DNA of 62,436 bases, counting the filler, from Sanchytrium tribonematis (taxonomy: Eukaryota): NCBI GenBank assembly GCA_018985235.1. It is 6 parts of 6 records of this genome, joined end to end, with 100 filler letters (N's around TTAATTAATTAA, not from the genome) between each part and the next. Parts side by side here need not be neighbours in the genome. Positions count along the whole stretch, not along the records: positions 1 to 30,760 come from JADGIG010000052.1; 5 more parts are not named here. One strand, 5' to 3'. Position numbers and translations under genes: made by a program. Of this stretch, positions 13,396 through 24,964 are shown piece by piece; the first letter of the stretch is position 1; each line of letters opens with the position of its first letter. The notes beneath the pieces are model-generated. The model made no database searches. It had not been told where the DNA came from and saw nothing but the letters and a program-made list of their open reading frames with translations.

Positions 13396-15690
13396 TTAAT
13401 CGCTAATTACTTTGCTAGCACCTCTCATTAGCACTAAGGGCCTTTCTATTCCGTCTATTAGATCATCCATTTCTTCAAAATTACCATTCATGCTAATCAT
13501 CATGATATCCACTGGTTTTGAATTTTTTATAATATTATTGATATGTTTGTTCTGACCAAATTTGTCTAACTGATTCCAATTCTCACAAAATATTTGATGA
13601 ATGATCACTTGTCCTTCAATCCTCAATTGTACTAATTTGTCCTTCATTTTATTTCTTTCCTCTTCTGGTTTATCAAACACAAGCACATGGATTCTTATTT
13701 GAGCATATTTCCACCCATGGCTATATCCCAAAATACATCCCATTTGATAAATAAATGTGTCGACTTCAAATAATGGCCAAATGGAAATAACTCTTTGCTG
13801 TTTTGGTTGCAATAAATGCATGTGTTTCACAAACATCAAATGAACATGCAAATGGTACAACGTATAAATAATGTCTGTCATTTCTTCGTATTGGTCGCTT
13901 TGAGGGTATTCTATCATGACTGTGTTTGGAGACATTCCTCCTAATCCACTCGTTGTTGTGACTGGTACAATTGATTTTAAATAGTCCATTTTTACAAGTT
14001 TGGTGAATACTTTTACTTGCAACACTTCCATCCAAGATTCTATGTCTTTTAATTGTTGCTCATAATTTTCTAAATTGTCTACCGCAACACATAAAATAAA
14101 TAAACCACTCTTTTTTAAATCATTTGCAAATTGAATCAAAGAGTGGTGGGTGTGTACCTCTTTAAAAACTGAATCTGGAGTATTATTTAAATGTAAATTG
14201 CTTAACACCATTAATATTTGTGGTCTCCAATATTGAACAGTAGCCGGTTTCAAACGTAATAAATATTTTCGAATTTGGTGATACAGCAAGGCATCATTAA
14301 CAGTAGAATCAGCTACAGCTTGGACTTTGTTGCTTTTCAATACGACTATACAGCCTATAAATGTACAAATCAAAATGGCACTAAATAAAGGGTGGATGTA
14401 AATCATACTGCACAAACTGAATAATAATCCTATACTCGCTGTGTATTTGTTGTAAAATTTAAACAATGGTCTAAAATTAGGCGAACTGCTTAATGTACAT
14501 AATAAACAAGATAAATTTACACTCACATCCGCTAAAAGATAAAAAAGACTCACAAAAGTACTAGAAGTATTCAAGTCTAAAGGGGTTAGTAGCAACACTT
14601 GACAAATAAACCATGTGATTAAAATAGAATGTATTGGATTAAAGTAATGATTTAACATGTTACTAGCACCCTGCATAGTACTGACAATGCTTGAAAAAGT
14701 ACTGCTTAACATTCCAAAAAATACAATTCGGGGTAGAATGCTAATATCAAGCAAGAAGTAATAATTATTTACCAAAGTCGTTCTTTTAAAGGTAGCTCCA
14801 ATAAACAATGTGAAAAATGTATAAATGATGCAAATAAATAAAGTACTACTCAAAGCACCAGTCGGTATATTTCTATGTGGATATTTCAGATTGTCATTAA
14901 TTGACTCCACGCACTGAAAACCAGTCACTGCGGGATATAAAATCGAGAAGATTGATTGAAATGTAACAACATTGTTATTTTGATCATTGGTGTAATCTGA
15001 AAACATGTTTTGTTTTAATGTATGAAGAGAAAATCCAGTGAAATCAATTTTCATGTTCTGTTTCTGAACCAAAAAAGAAACTAAAATAATAAATATAGTG
15101 GTACACTGTGTGAAAAAGATGAAAATTAATGATTTATCATAATATTTGTTCCCAATAATGGCAGTTATACAGGTCAATGCCAAGATAATGGTGGAATATA
15201 TGTAGTCAAATATAGGAGAAACAGGAAGGATCGCGGGAAATGTGGAAGAATGCTTTCTTCCCAAGACAAACACAAAAGTTTCAGTTAGACCTGTAACATA
15301 AAAGGCTAGCCCAAAAATATTAGCCAAATAAAAGGATATACCCAGCGCACTTCCAAATTCTCTACCCAAGGTATTTGTAACAATCGTGTAGATATTTTTC
15401 GAGTCTGATGATGAATTTGTCAAAATGGCAGAAGTACTCAGAACAGTCATGGAAATAGAAGTACAAGCTAAAATTGTCAGAACCAACGTATTAAATACAC
15501 CAGTCTCTCCAATAACGTATCCAAATCGAGTAAACAAAATAAAACCAATTATCGAACAAATACATGGCAAAAAAACACCGCGAAAAGTTCCAACTTTCGG
15601 TAAGTTTTGGATTTGAAAGCCTGTATCAATTGGCGGTACGATAGGTGGAGAAAGCAAAGGAATTTGCTCTTCCAAATGATCTTGTTTCAT
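13396..15690 (-). CDS. Cation-chloride cotransporter family protein (SLC12A9/Vhc1-like)
   Basis: KVGTFRGVFLPC, GREFGSALG, FSILYPAVTG, SSPNFRPLFKFYN, QYWRPQIL, NDLKKSGL, SGLGGMSPNTV; many TM segments. Confidence 0.92.
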   Translation of the reverse strand: MKQDHLEEQIPLLSPPIVPPIDTGFQIQNLPKVGTFRGVFLPCICSIIGFILFTRFGYVIGETGVFNTLVLTILACTSISMTVLSTSAILTNSSSDSKNIYTIVTNTLGREFGSALGISFYLANIFGLAFYVTGLTETFVFVLGRKHSSTFPAILPVSPIFDYIYSTIILALTCITAIIGNKYYDKSLIFIFFTQCTTIFIILVSFLVQKQNMKIDFTGFSLHTLKQNMFSDYTNDQNNNVVTFQSIFSILYPAVTGFQCVESINDNLKYPHRNIPTGALSSTLFICIIYTFFTLFIGATFKRTTLVNNYYFLLDISILPRIVFFGMLSSTFSSIVSTMQGASNMLNHYFNPIHSILITWFICQVLLLTPLDLNTSSTFVSLFYLLADVSVNLSCLLCTLSSSPNFRPLFKFYNKYTASIGLLFSLCSMIYIHPLFSAILICTFIGCIVVLKSNKVQAVADSTVNDALLYHQIRKYLLRLKPATVQYWRPQILMVLSNLHLNNTPDSVFKEVHTHHSLIQFANDLKKSGLFILCVAVDNLENYEQQLKDIESWMEVLQVKVFTKLVKMDYLKSIVPVTTTSGLGGMSPNTVMIEYPQSDQYEEMTDIIYTLYHLHVHLMFVKHMHLLQPKQQRVISIWPLFEVDTFIYQMGCILGYSHGWKYAQIRIHVLVFDKPEEERNKMKDKLVQLRIEGQVIIHQIFCENWNQLDKFGQNKHINNIIKNSKPVDIMMISMNGNFEEMDDLIDGIERPLVLMRGASKVISD

Positions 15691-15845
15691 ATGACGATTA
15701 TGATTATGAAAAATTCAAGCTACCAAATTATAATCTTTTAAAAATGAAAAGTTTTTGCTTTAATTATCAATTCTCGGATCTCAGTGCCTGGTGAATTTAT
15801 ATACTCAGAGGAGAACTTTTTTGAAAAGGAGTAAACAACTTGACA

Positions 15846-18611
15846 ATGGAAGATCAAAAAAATAAAGCACATCGTCGTCAACAGCCAAAGGCGAACGCAA
15901 ACAATGTTAAAGGATTCACTAACAAAATTAACATCAATTATCAACGAAAACAAGACCTATTAGAGAAAAAATTACATGTTCCAACTATTGATAAAATCAA
16001 TGGTCATCCGCCCTACGTTGTCGCAATACATGGTCCACCAGGCGTTGGGAAAACAACGCTTATACGCGGTCTTATCAAAAAATATTCTAGCCAAAATATT
16101 ACAAACCCTAAAGGACCAATTACCCTGGCATGTAATAAAACTAGAAGAATTACATTACTTCAGGTAGAAAACACGATTGAATCTTGTATTGATACCAGCA
16201 AAATTGCAGACATCGTCATATTGATGATAAATGCAAAAGATGGATTAACGATGAACACTATGGAATATATACATTGTCTGCAGGCTCATGGTTGTCCTAA
16301 AATAATCTCGGTCTTGACTCATTTAGACCATTACAAAGAAAACAAACAGCAAAGAAACATTAAAAAGCTCATCAAAGATCGGCTGTGGAAAGAGCTTTAC
16401 GGAGGATTGAAAGTATTTTTTATGAGTGGAGTAAAATACAATGATTATTTAAAAAGAGATTTACTAAATCTTACCAGATTCATTAATACACAAAAAGTAA
16501 GACCATTACAGTATAGAACTACCCACTCATATATGTTGGTCGATAGAATGGAGGATGTGACTCCACCCACTGAAATCGAAGCTGATCCGAACGCCGATAG
16601 GCAAGTCGCATTGTATGGATATACTAGAGGTCTTCCATTCACCGACACATCCGTTCATCTTGTCGGAGTTGGCGATTTACAAATGAAAGAAATTTCTAAA
16701 TGCCCGGATCCATGTAAATTGATGGCACAGCAGCAAAGATTAAATAACATGCATAAATCAATATACGCACCTCAATGTGATTTAAATGGGATTCAATATG
16801 ACAAAGACGCAATATACATTCATATGCCAGCTACCAAGGAAAATCCCTTAAAGGAAGATTTGAAAAAGACGACATTTGAGGAATATGGGGAAATGAATAT
16901 GATTCTAGGGCAAGAAAATGTAGAAAGTGATTCCGAATCAAGTAGAGAAAGTCAAAAGAGTCATGATACTTTGCTGGAGGATAATGTCAGTGAAATCGAT
17001 GAAGCGAGTGAAGCGTCATTTGAACCAGAAGATGTTGCACCGAAAATTGAACTGTTTGGGGACGACAATGGTGAATTGTTACAGCAGCATCATGTTTCTA
17101 GTGACGAGGATGTCTTTGAATATGATTCGGATAGTGAAGAAGATGTAGGTCAATTATTTGTCACTGGAATGAACAAAGATGTGGAAAATATATTGCAAAG
17201 CGACGAAGATTTTTCAGATGGTTTTGAAGATGTGAGCAGTGAAAATGAAAGTAATGACGAGGTGGATGCTTCTGATGTTGTCAAGAAAACAACATTACTG
17301 CAATCATTTGAGCAGCAACAAAAGGATAAGGAAGAAGAGGGTACTTTTTTTGAAAAAGAGAAACAAAAGCTGCAAGAGCAATTTGATCAGGATATGTCAC
17401 AAGTTGAAAAATTGAATCCTGAAGATATTCAAAACACTAAAGGAATTTTACCAGGGACTTATATTAAAATTATTGTCTCTTTAAGTCCGGAGTTTGTTGA
17501 TTATTGGGATGCTAATAGAGTCTGTATTGTGGGTGGTGTACATTCAAACGAGTCTCAATTGGGATTTGTTGAATGTCAAATTAAAAAGCACAAGTGGTAT
17601 CCACAAGTGCTTAAAAGCAATGACCCAGTTATTGTAAGTATGGGATGGCGGCGAATGGAAGTAATGCCAAACTATTTTATGCACACTCCGAATGGTAACA
17701 ATTATTTAAAATACACACCTGAGTGGGACAGCTGCAATATGGGAATTTATGCTTATAATATTGCGCCAAATACAGGAGTTATTGGATTCACAAAATTATC
17801 TGCCGGAAAGCATTTCAGCATTTCATTTCTTGGTCATTCTTTGGGTAATAAAACACACATCGATATACGAAAAAAATTAAAATTGGTAGGATCTCCGTAT
17901 GAAATAAAAAAGAATACAGCATTTATCAAAGACATGTTTGCTAGTGAAATGGAGGTGGGCAAATTTGAAAATGCGATGATCAGGACTGTTAGTGGTATTA
18001 GAGGCCAAATTAAAAAATCACTAGGATCAGGCAAGTTTAGAGCAACTTTTGAAGATAAGATTTTGAAAAGTGATATTGTATTTTTAAAGACGTGGATTCA
18101 ACTTCCAGTGGAGCCATATTGTATTGCTGTAACAAATATGCTGCTGCCAAGTCATAAGATATGGAAAGGAATGAGAAATATGAGAGAATTGAGAGATGAG
18201 TTAGGAATTAAGCCAACATTAAATCAAGACTCGTTGTACAAGCCAATAGAAAGGGTAGAGAAAAAGTTTCATCCACTGAGAATACCTCAAAAATTAGAAA
18301 TGAAATTGCCTTTCAGTACTAGACCCAAATTGCAACTTAAACTAAGCAAGAATAGTTGGTTAAAAAAGAGGGCCGTAGTTTTAAATAAGACTGAAAAAGA
18401 AAGGCTCACAATGCTTCAGCAATTGAGGACCGTCAAAAATGATCAAGAGAGTAAGCGAGAGAAACAAAAGAAAATACAACATGAAAAGTACTCTATGGAG
18501 GAAAAGAAAAAAGAAGAGAAAAAAGCTGCTACAATTAAAGAGCGTCAAATTAAGAGGGGAATAAAGAGAAATTTACAAGAAGCAAGGGATAAAAAGCAGA
18601 AAAGAAATTAA
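15846..18611 (+). CDS. BMS1: Ribosome biogenesis GTPase Bms1
   Basis: PPYVVAIHGPPGVGKTTLI, LTHLD, IKKHKWYPQVLKSNDP, IRTVSGIRGQIKK, FRATFEDKILKSDIVF; first ATG at 15846. Confidence 0.96.
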   Translation: MEDQKNKAHRRQQPKANANNVKGFTNKININYQRKQDLLEKKLHVPTIDKINGHPPYVVAIHGPPGVGKTTLIRGLIKKYSSQNITNPKGPITLACNKTRRITLLQVENTIESCIDTSKIADIVILMINAKDGLTMNTMEYIHCLQAHGCPKIISVLTHLDHYKENKQQRNIKKLIKDRLWKELYGGLKVFFMSGVKYNDYLKRDLLNLTRFINTQKVRPLQYRTTHSYMLVDRMEDVTPPTEIEADPNADRQVALYGYTRGLPFTDTSVHLVGVGDLQMKEISKCPDPCKLMAQQQRLNNMHKSIYAPQCDLNGIQYDKDAIYIHMPATKENPLKEDLKKTTFEEYGEMNMILGQENVESDSESSRESQKSHDTLLEDNVSEIDEASEASFEPEDVAPKIELFGDDNGELLQQHHVSSDEDVFEYDSDSEEDVGQLFVTGMNKDVENILQSDEDFSDGFEDVSSENESNDEVDASDVVKKTTLLQSFEQQQKDKEEEGTFFEKEKQKLQEQFDQDMSQVEKLNPEDIQNTKGILPGTYIKIIVSLSPEFVDYWDANRVCIVGGVHSNESQLGFVECQIKKHKWYPQVLKSNDPVIVSMGWRRMEVMPNYFMHTPNGNNYLKYTPEWDSCNMGIYAYNIAPNTGVIGFTKLSAGKHFSISFLGHSLGNKTHIDIRKKLKLVGSPYEIKKNTAFIKDMFASEMEVGKFENAMIRTVSGIRGQIKKSLGSGKFRATFEDKILKSDIVFLKTWIQLPVEPYCIAVTNMLLPSHKIWKGMRNMRELRDELGIKPTLNQDSLYKPIERVEKKFHPLRIPQKLEMKLPFSTRPKLQLKLSKNSWLKKRAVVLNKTEKERLTMLQQLRTVKNDQESKREKQKKIQHEKYSMEEKKKEEKKAATIKERQIKRGIKRNLQEARDKKQKRN

Positions 18612-18633
18612 TTATAAAAATAAATTATTTAAT

Positions 18634-21600
18634 TCAAGAAATGTGAACGATTGAGGCTTTTCTCTGACCAGTTACTTGTTGTTTCTCATTTTTATAGGTT
18701 TTGACAATGGCATTTATCAGATTGGCTTGACCGTATTTCGTTATACCGGCTTTCATTATTTCTAGTAGATGAGTGTATTGGTCAAAATTCTTATTATTTA
18801 CAAACGCTTTAACCCATTCATTTGCCCCACTCTTCCATGATCCTTGAACAATATGAATAAGACCTTTGCAAAAAATATGAATCAATTTTGCAAGAGTGTT
18901 TTCTCCTTGCTTGGTGCACAAATTCATAACATGCCTTAAAAATATTTCATAAACTCTATCGCTTTCAGGATTTTCATTTATATATTCCAACATGTAGAGG
19001 ATCCCAAGCCAATAACCCCATTTTATCATTGGTAATTCTTCAATATACGAGCAACAATGTTCCATCCTTTTCTTGACAGTTTTTGGATCTTCTGGATTGG
19101 CCATAATTGTATGAAATGGAACAGCAACCTCTGCGAATTTTTGATCTATACGCTGATAAGCTTCATCCAAACTTTTCCTCGCCAAATTTTCCGCAATAAT
19201 AGTAGCTGCTTCTTTGGCAGTTGTTCTTCCAACACTACTCAAGTATAAGCAAGAGAATTGTGCCCAAAAGACGGTCTCTGGATCTGAATCTGGCCTTATA
19301 AAATTTTGGAGGCTATTTGCGAGAAGAAGAAACTTTTCCTTTTCATCTTTGAGGTATTTCATCAGCATACTAAACATATAAGCATCACATATCCACTTTA
19401 AGGTTCCGGCACTAGTACAAGCCTTAATATAACGGGTTGCATACAGGTCCGCGTTATCGATTTCACCAGCGTACGCGCACAAATGACAATGATTTTTCCA
19501 AATGCTCATACTAGCAGTTGTTCTTGTAGCATCCCTATTATTGGTTATACTCTCAACTGCTACTCTAGATCCATCAATTGCTTTAATGCTACCAGTATTA
19601 ACAAAAACGTTAAAGGCCATATTGCTGAGATAAAGGGAATGATCTTCATCGTCGCTGCAATATTCGCTACTAATTACATAAGCCTTCAAGTGACAAAATT
19701 CGCTTATTTCAAAATTTCGCAACTCCTCACTGATTAGCGCATACAAGTGTAAACTTCGCCTAATGAGGGCCTGTTTTTCATACGAGTACTTAGACTTATC
19801 CGAATGAGTTTCTTTCTCTTCTTTTGTGACAAATTTCAAGCATTTTTGTCTTAAAAATTTCATTTTTAAATTCATAACTGCACTTCCAATTGGTATTTCA
19901 ACCTCTAATGCTCCAAGTGCTCTTTTTATGAGAGGCTCAGCTAATAAGACCTTGTCTTGCCCTAAATATGCTTCGGATGTATTTGCAAGCCATTTGCATT
20001 TCTTTTCATTTGGCGCTTGAACTCCAGTTTTTTGTTCCACTAGTACCACCATATCCAAAAGAAGTTGATAATATTTGACAGCCTCATTCATCAATTTATG
20101 TTGAAAAAAGTAATCACTTACTTTTTCCAAATATAACTTCTTTTTTTCAATATGAGAATCGTCCGTGACTGCATAATGCTCATAAATCATCAGTAGCAGT
20201 CTGTCCAGATTTTTATCATCCATTTTTTCTTCCAGGTATTTAGCAATACTCAAATGCATTTGCTGTCGGTGACTAACAAGCATAGTAGAGTAAATACTTT
20301 CTTTAATAACGCTATTTTTGAATGCGAATAAATAATTACTATCTTCTGTTACATCTTGGGGATTTGAATGTAGCATTATAAAGTTATATTTATCCCATTG
20401 AGCAATCATTTGAACAATTTCTTTTTGAGGTTTCTTAAATGGAGAGGTATCATCTTGTTGTCCTATAATTTTACCATCTGTGATAAACAAAAGTACATCG
20501 ATTAGAAAAAATTGTTGTCCCAAAAGGGAAGCAATTTTTAAAAACACTTGAAAGACTGGTTCTAGCCTGTCAAACTGACTCACTATTAAAGAGTGCATGT
20601 CAGAGCCTGGCATAATTCCTTTGATGTCAAGTGATCCTGTTAAATTCAGCCTTTGTTTTTCAACAAAATAGGCATTTTTGGATTTAATAGTGATAAGGAT
20701 CGATTTAGCAAAAAGAGGATTACCTCCGCTGGTCTCTCGTACCCGGTCTAGCAATTCGTTATCTACTTCTTTGATGACATCGTTAGTCATGGAGGACCAA
20801 GCGTGCATTATAAAGTCTTTCATATCTTCGCGGTCAAATCCTTTTAAATTGATTTGAAACCCTTGCTGTTTCGCCAATGCCCAAAAGCGAACACGTTCTT
20901 GCATATACATTTTCTCTGGTCGACTAAGAAGCACTATGATCAAACGAGGACAAGTTTTCATTAGATGCAACACTACATTCCAAGCACTGGGATCCATCCA
21001 CTGGCATTCATGTACTAAAAACATAATTCTGTTAACATTAGTAAGTGTGTTCAATAAGACACCTAGAAACAATGGCAAATCTCGCTGGACTTTCTGTCTA
21101 TGAAGATCATCAACAGGAAATTCTCCTGGAAAAATTGTTCCCATAATTGAACTCATATAAGGATCTATTGGTTTCTTTTTGGGAGAATTAAATGATTTTG
21201 CAAATTGCTCGAATTCAATAAGCCACATGGTACTATTTTCAATCATCGAACTCCGATTCGCTTTACTCAGTCTCTCTTTCGAAAAGCTTGGTAAATCTTT
21301 TTGCAATTCCTGATGTAAAGGGGATTTTGGAATAGTTGTTTCTTTTCGTAGATCATGGATAGATGATGTCAAATTTGGCTTAGAAAAGATCGTGTTTCGA
21401 TTTAACATGCTAAGACTTTGACTATTAAGTTGAGAGGAATCATTGGAGTCAGTAACATCGAGATTGCTCAGACTATCTTCGCTTGTTTTAATCAAGTCGT
21501 CCTCCAAAATTTGTTGCACGCCACCATTGCCTACTTTCAAAGCACCATCTATACCCCATTGCGCGCTTTCAAATATCTTAATTAAATCGCGCACAATATC

Positions 21601-23590
21601 AGCTAATATGTAGTATGGCTTATTTCTTTGAGTTTCAAGTGCGGTTGATTTGCTAAATAAGAATAGATTACCATATTAAATATTCATGCTGAACGGCTTC
21701 ATCCTCCACAATACTACACATTGTTGAAACACCCGTTCCTGTATCGCCTTCTATGGTTAAAGCAATGTGGGAATGACCTAGAACAGAGTGTTTCCGGATA
21801 GCATCTCTAATTATCTCAATTTCATTTTTTCTACCAACAAAGGAAAAATTTGAAGTCGATTCTACAAGTGTTTCTTTAATTCTAATGGGTCTATAAACAT
21901 TAATTGGGTAGCTTTTTCCCTTTACCTTCTGGGGCTCCATACCTTCAAACTCAATGTTGTCACACAACTCTTTTGTTCTGTCGTCACAAAGCATTGATCT
22001 GTGAGCACTCTTCAAAAACATCAGTCTTGCTGCCATATTTATGGAATCTCCCATTAAAGCATATTCTGTACGTAAAGAATTTCCTACTCCACCAATACTG
22101 ATGACTCCAGTTGTAATTCCCATCGAGTAATTCTCAAATATATCTGCAAATGCAGTATTAATTTCAAGAGCAGCACGAATTGCCTGGCTTGCATCGTTTT
22201 TGTGAGCTAAAGGTGGCAATCCGAAGAAAACTAAAATTATCGCACCTTTATCATCCACATGAAATTGCCTCAAAATTCCTTCGTGTTTGCTTATACTGAC
22301 TTGAACTACAGTCAATGCCTTTTGCAAAAGTGCAACAATAGAAGTAATAATATTTTGTTTGTCTTGCTCTAAAGGTTGTGCGTCTGCTAATGAGCTCTCT
22401 ATTGTATGCTCACATTCTTTCATTTTCAATGATATCCGTTCTTTTTCTTCGGTGTTGGAGCTTTCGTCATATCTAGCTTTCAAATTTAGTAGATTCGTTC
22501 TTGCATTTTTCTCATCTTCGCTTAATTTAGCAACTTGCTTTTCTATATCTTCTAAAGCATCTAGAGGAATAGAACTAATTTTTATGAATATTGTGGTGAC
22601 TTGACGCAATTCGTTAATGGACATCAAATGTTGTACACCTTGATGTAGTTGAATTGGACTAGAGTGTTGCAAATCAGATTCTAATTTGTACAAAGCACTC
22701 TGATTGACATATAGTTTGATTCTATCGTGAAAATCTTTGCTGTAAGTTGACTGATTAATCTCCCACATGTTGTAGAACTCATTCTCGTCTTCCATTACTT
22801 TCTTAGTTTTTGGAACTATTGTCATTCTAGAAAGACCATTCAAAATAACACAAGTCTTATCAAAGGACTCCATTTTCAAGCCATTGATTTCAACCACTTC
22901 TCCGAAATATCGAAAAGCTTTTTGACTTAAAGCCAATTGTCCAGCCTTCGCAAGATCGAGTACTTGGGAAATTTGCTCTATTGCATCACCGATGCAAACA
23001 TGTTCCCATCTCCCAGGGCTTCCACCCACGTGAACATCAAATATTTGGCCCGCTCCGATCCCCAGATGAATACGCAAAGCTCTTTGTTCCGTCCCTGATC
23101 CCTCCTCATTTGGAATTTCAACATTATAAGGATTAAGTAGATCCAAAAGCTCCAAACAGCAGAGACAAGCTTTGAGAACCAATTCGCCATATCTCTTAAG
23201 CTTGTCCTTTTTACTCTCATTTTCTTTATTAGGGGGCGATTTCCAATAAAATATCACAGCGTCCCCCACAAATTTTACAATATCACCTCCATGTATACAA
23301 ATCGTGTGTATAATTTTATCTAAATATTCTTTCATAACTCTGGCCAAAATTTCAACGCCCTCAGGCCCTCTTTCACCAAGAGTTGAAGCCAATGCAGAGT
23401 AACCACTAACATCACACATGACAATTACTGCAAATCCTTCCAATGCTTTAGGTTGAAGTTCTGACTTGTCTTGACAATGTTCAAGAACATGTTTAGAGAC
23501 AAAATTAGGAAGGAGTTGTTCAAAAGGAGTAATATCATCATATTCTATTGGAGTTAATTGAAGATCAAATCCGTACTCATTATTTTCCAT
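18634..23590 (-). CDS. Soluble adenylyl cyclase (ADCY10-like: two class III cyclase domains, STAND/AAA-like domain, TPR-like tail); join(23590..21672,21652..18634), 1645 aa
   Basis: CDVSGYSAL, GGDIVKFVGDA, RIHLGIGAG (C1); ELRQVTTIF, VDDKG, FGLPPLAH, EYALMGDSINMAARLM, KVKGK (C2); FVGRKNE, ECQWMD, SGGNPLF, FDRL. Confidence 0.9.
21653..21671 (-). other. 19-nt GT-AG intron (gtaatctattcttatttag), phase 2
   Basis: Excision gives ATA TG|C AAA TCA and an open frame (CKSTALETQRNKPYYILADIVRDL) into the 986-aa ORF. Confidence 0.93.
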
Positions 23591-23875
23591 TATATTTGGT
23601 TCTGGAAAAATGTGTTTCAAATATAAATACGTTTAAGTGAAAACACGGCATTCAAACGGTGGTTACTCAAAAAGGAGACTCGGAACCGAATATATCATTA
23701 CTTTAAGTTTAAAACAATACACAGGGTTATGGTCTGTGAAAAACTGATTAAAATAAATTATACAATCTATGGAATGAACGACTTCAGTAAAAAAAATCTA
23801 TGGAATGAATTAAAATGAATTAATTTACAGAATAGCCTTTTGAGTTCTTAGAAAATTGCTCCGAATCGATGTAAT

Positions 23876-24289
23876 TTATTTAAAGCAATCTGCGATACAA
23901 ATTGATTTTATGTCCATTTTATACGCAGCAAATATTGGACATTTCGTAAGAAGATGTCGCTTTTGAAGATCCCTACGATTTGCTACCTTTAATGATTTTG
24001 AACAATAAATACATCGAACTTTCGCAGAATGAACTGTAAGCTCATGGCGAATTGCTTCATATATCCTAGAAAATTCCCTTAAGCAAATTTTACATCGAAA
24101 GTTTTGTCTCTCGCAATATTTACCTGTGCTTTTGCTCAATATTGCACCACCTGAATGCTTGTACATTCTCTTCATCTGGTCCCAGTTTGTTGTCTCCCCC
24201 GATCTAAGCGATAAAGTGTTTAGCTTTTTAGTTGTTACTATAGTATCAGAGATTCGCTTTGGAATGATTTCGCTCAAGTGTACAAACAT
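23876..24289 (-). CDS. Small C2H2 zinc-finger protein
   Basis: FRCKICLREFSRIYEAIRHELTVH followed by CIYC...HLLTKC. Confidence 0.75.
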   Translation of the reverse strand: MFVHLSEIIPKRISDTIVTTKKLNTLSLRSGETTNWDQMKRMYKHSGGAILSKSTGKYCERQNFRCKICLREFSRIYEAIRHELTVHSAKVRCIYCSKSLKVANRRDLQKRHLLTKCPIFAAYKMDIKSICIADCFK

Positions 24290-24964
24290 GGAAGCGTGAT
24301 TTGCGTAAATTGATTTTTAAGCAATTGCAAATGGACGTCTTCAACGGTATTCGTGACCGCGTTTGAGAAATACAAGATTATTTCATCTGAATTGATAAAT
24401 GGAGCATAAGTTATTTAATGAATATTGATATTACGAAAAGGTTGTTTCCAAGATTTTGAAAACCCACAACCACAATTACTTGAAGACTCGTTTTCATAGA
24501 CTAGCTCCCATTTTATATTTTAATTGCTATGAAACATACGGGATACAAAATGTGAAACTAGCTCAAGTATTGATATCCAACCATAAAGCGTTATATAGTC
24601 ATTCCACAATAAAGGAAATCATTAGAAAATTCTCAATCTTGCAAAACAATTGACTTCATTTAAATTTCTCATAGTTTTGAAGTTGCGGAAAGTTTTCTGA
24701 GTGAGAGAAAGAACTTTTATAACCATAGACGATTTCAAATTTGAAGAACATGATAGTGTCATATACTAGCCAAATACAAGCCGCTTTACTTGTAAACATT
24801 TAAAAAATAGATAATTCGGGAAAAGATATTAGATTCTCGCAGAAATTCCTAGATTTAGTGCTGAAATGCAACAAACAAGCAACTCTCAACATATTATTCT
24901 TTAAGACTCGATTTTCTTCCGGTCTAGTTTTTACAGAGCATGTTCCATATATTTGAATTATAAT

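Noticed and set aside
13403..13421. 19-nt GT..AG (gtgctagcaaagtaattag, minus) in the SLC12 3' end that nearly coincides with a deletion in the pseudo-copy, suggesting a spliced retrocopy
   Set aside because: The deletion is 18 nt, not 19, the segment is purine-rich and encodes a plausible MRGASKVIS terminus, and the other deletions lack GT-AG ends.
23765..23810. 15-nt direct repeat aatctatggaatgaa
   Set aside because: Only two copies in an AT-rich intergenic region; local slippage, not an array or CRISPR.
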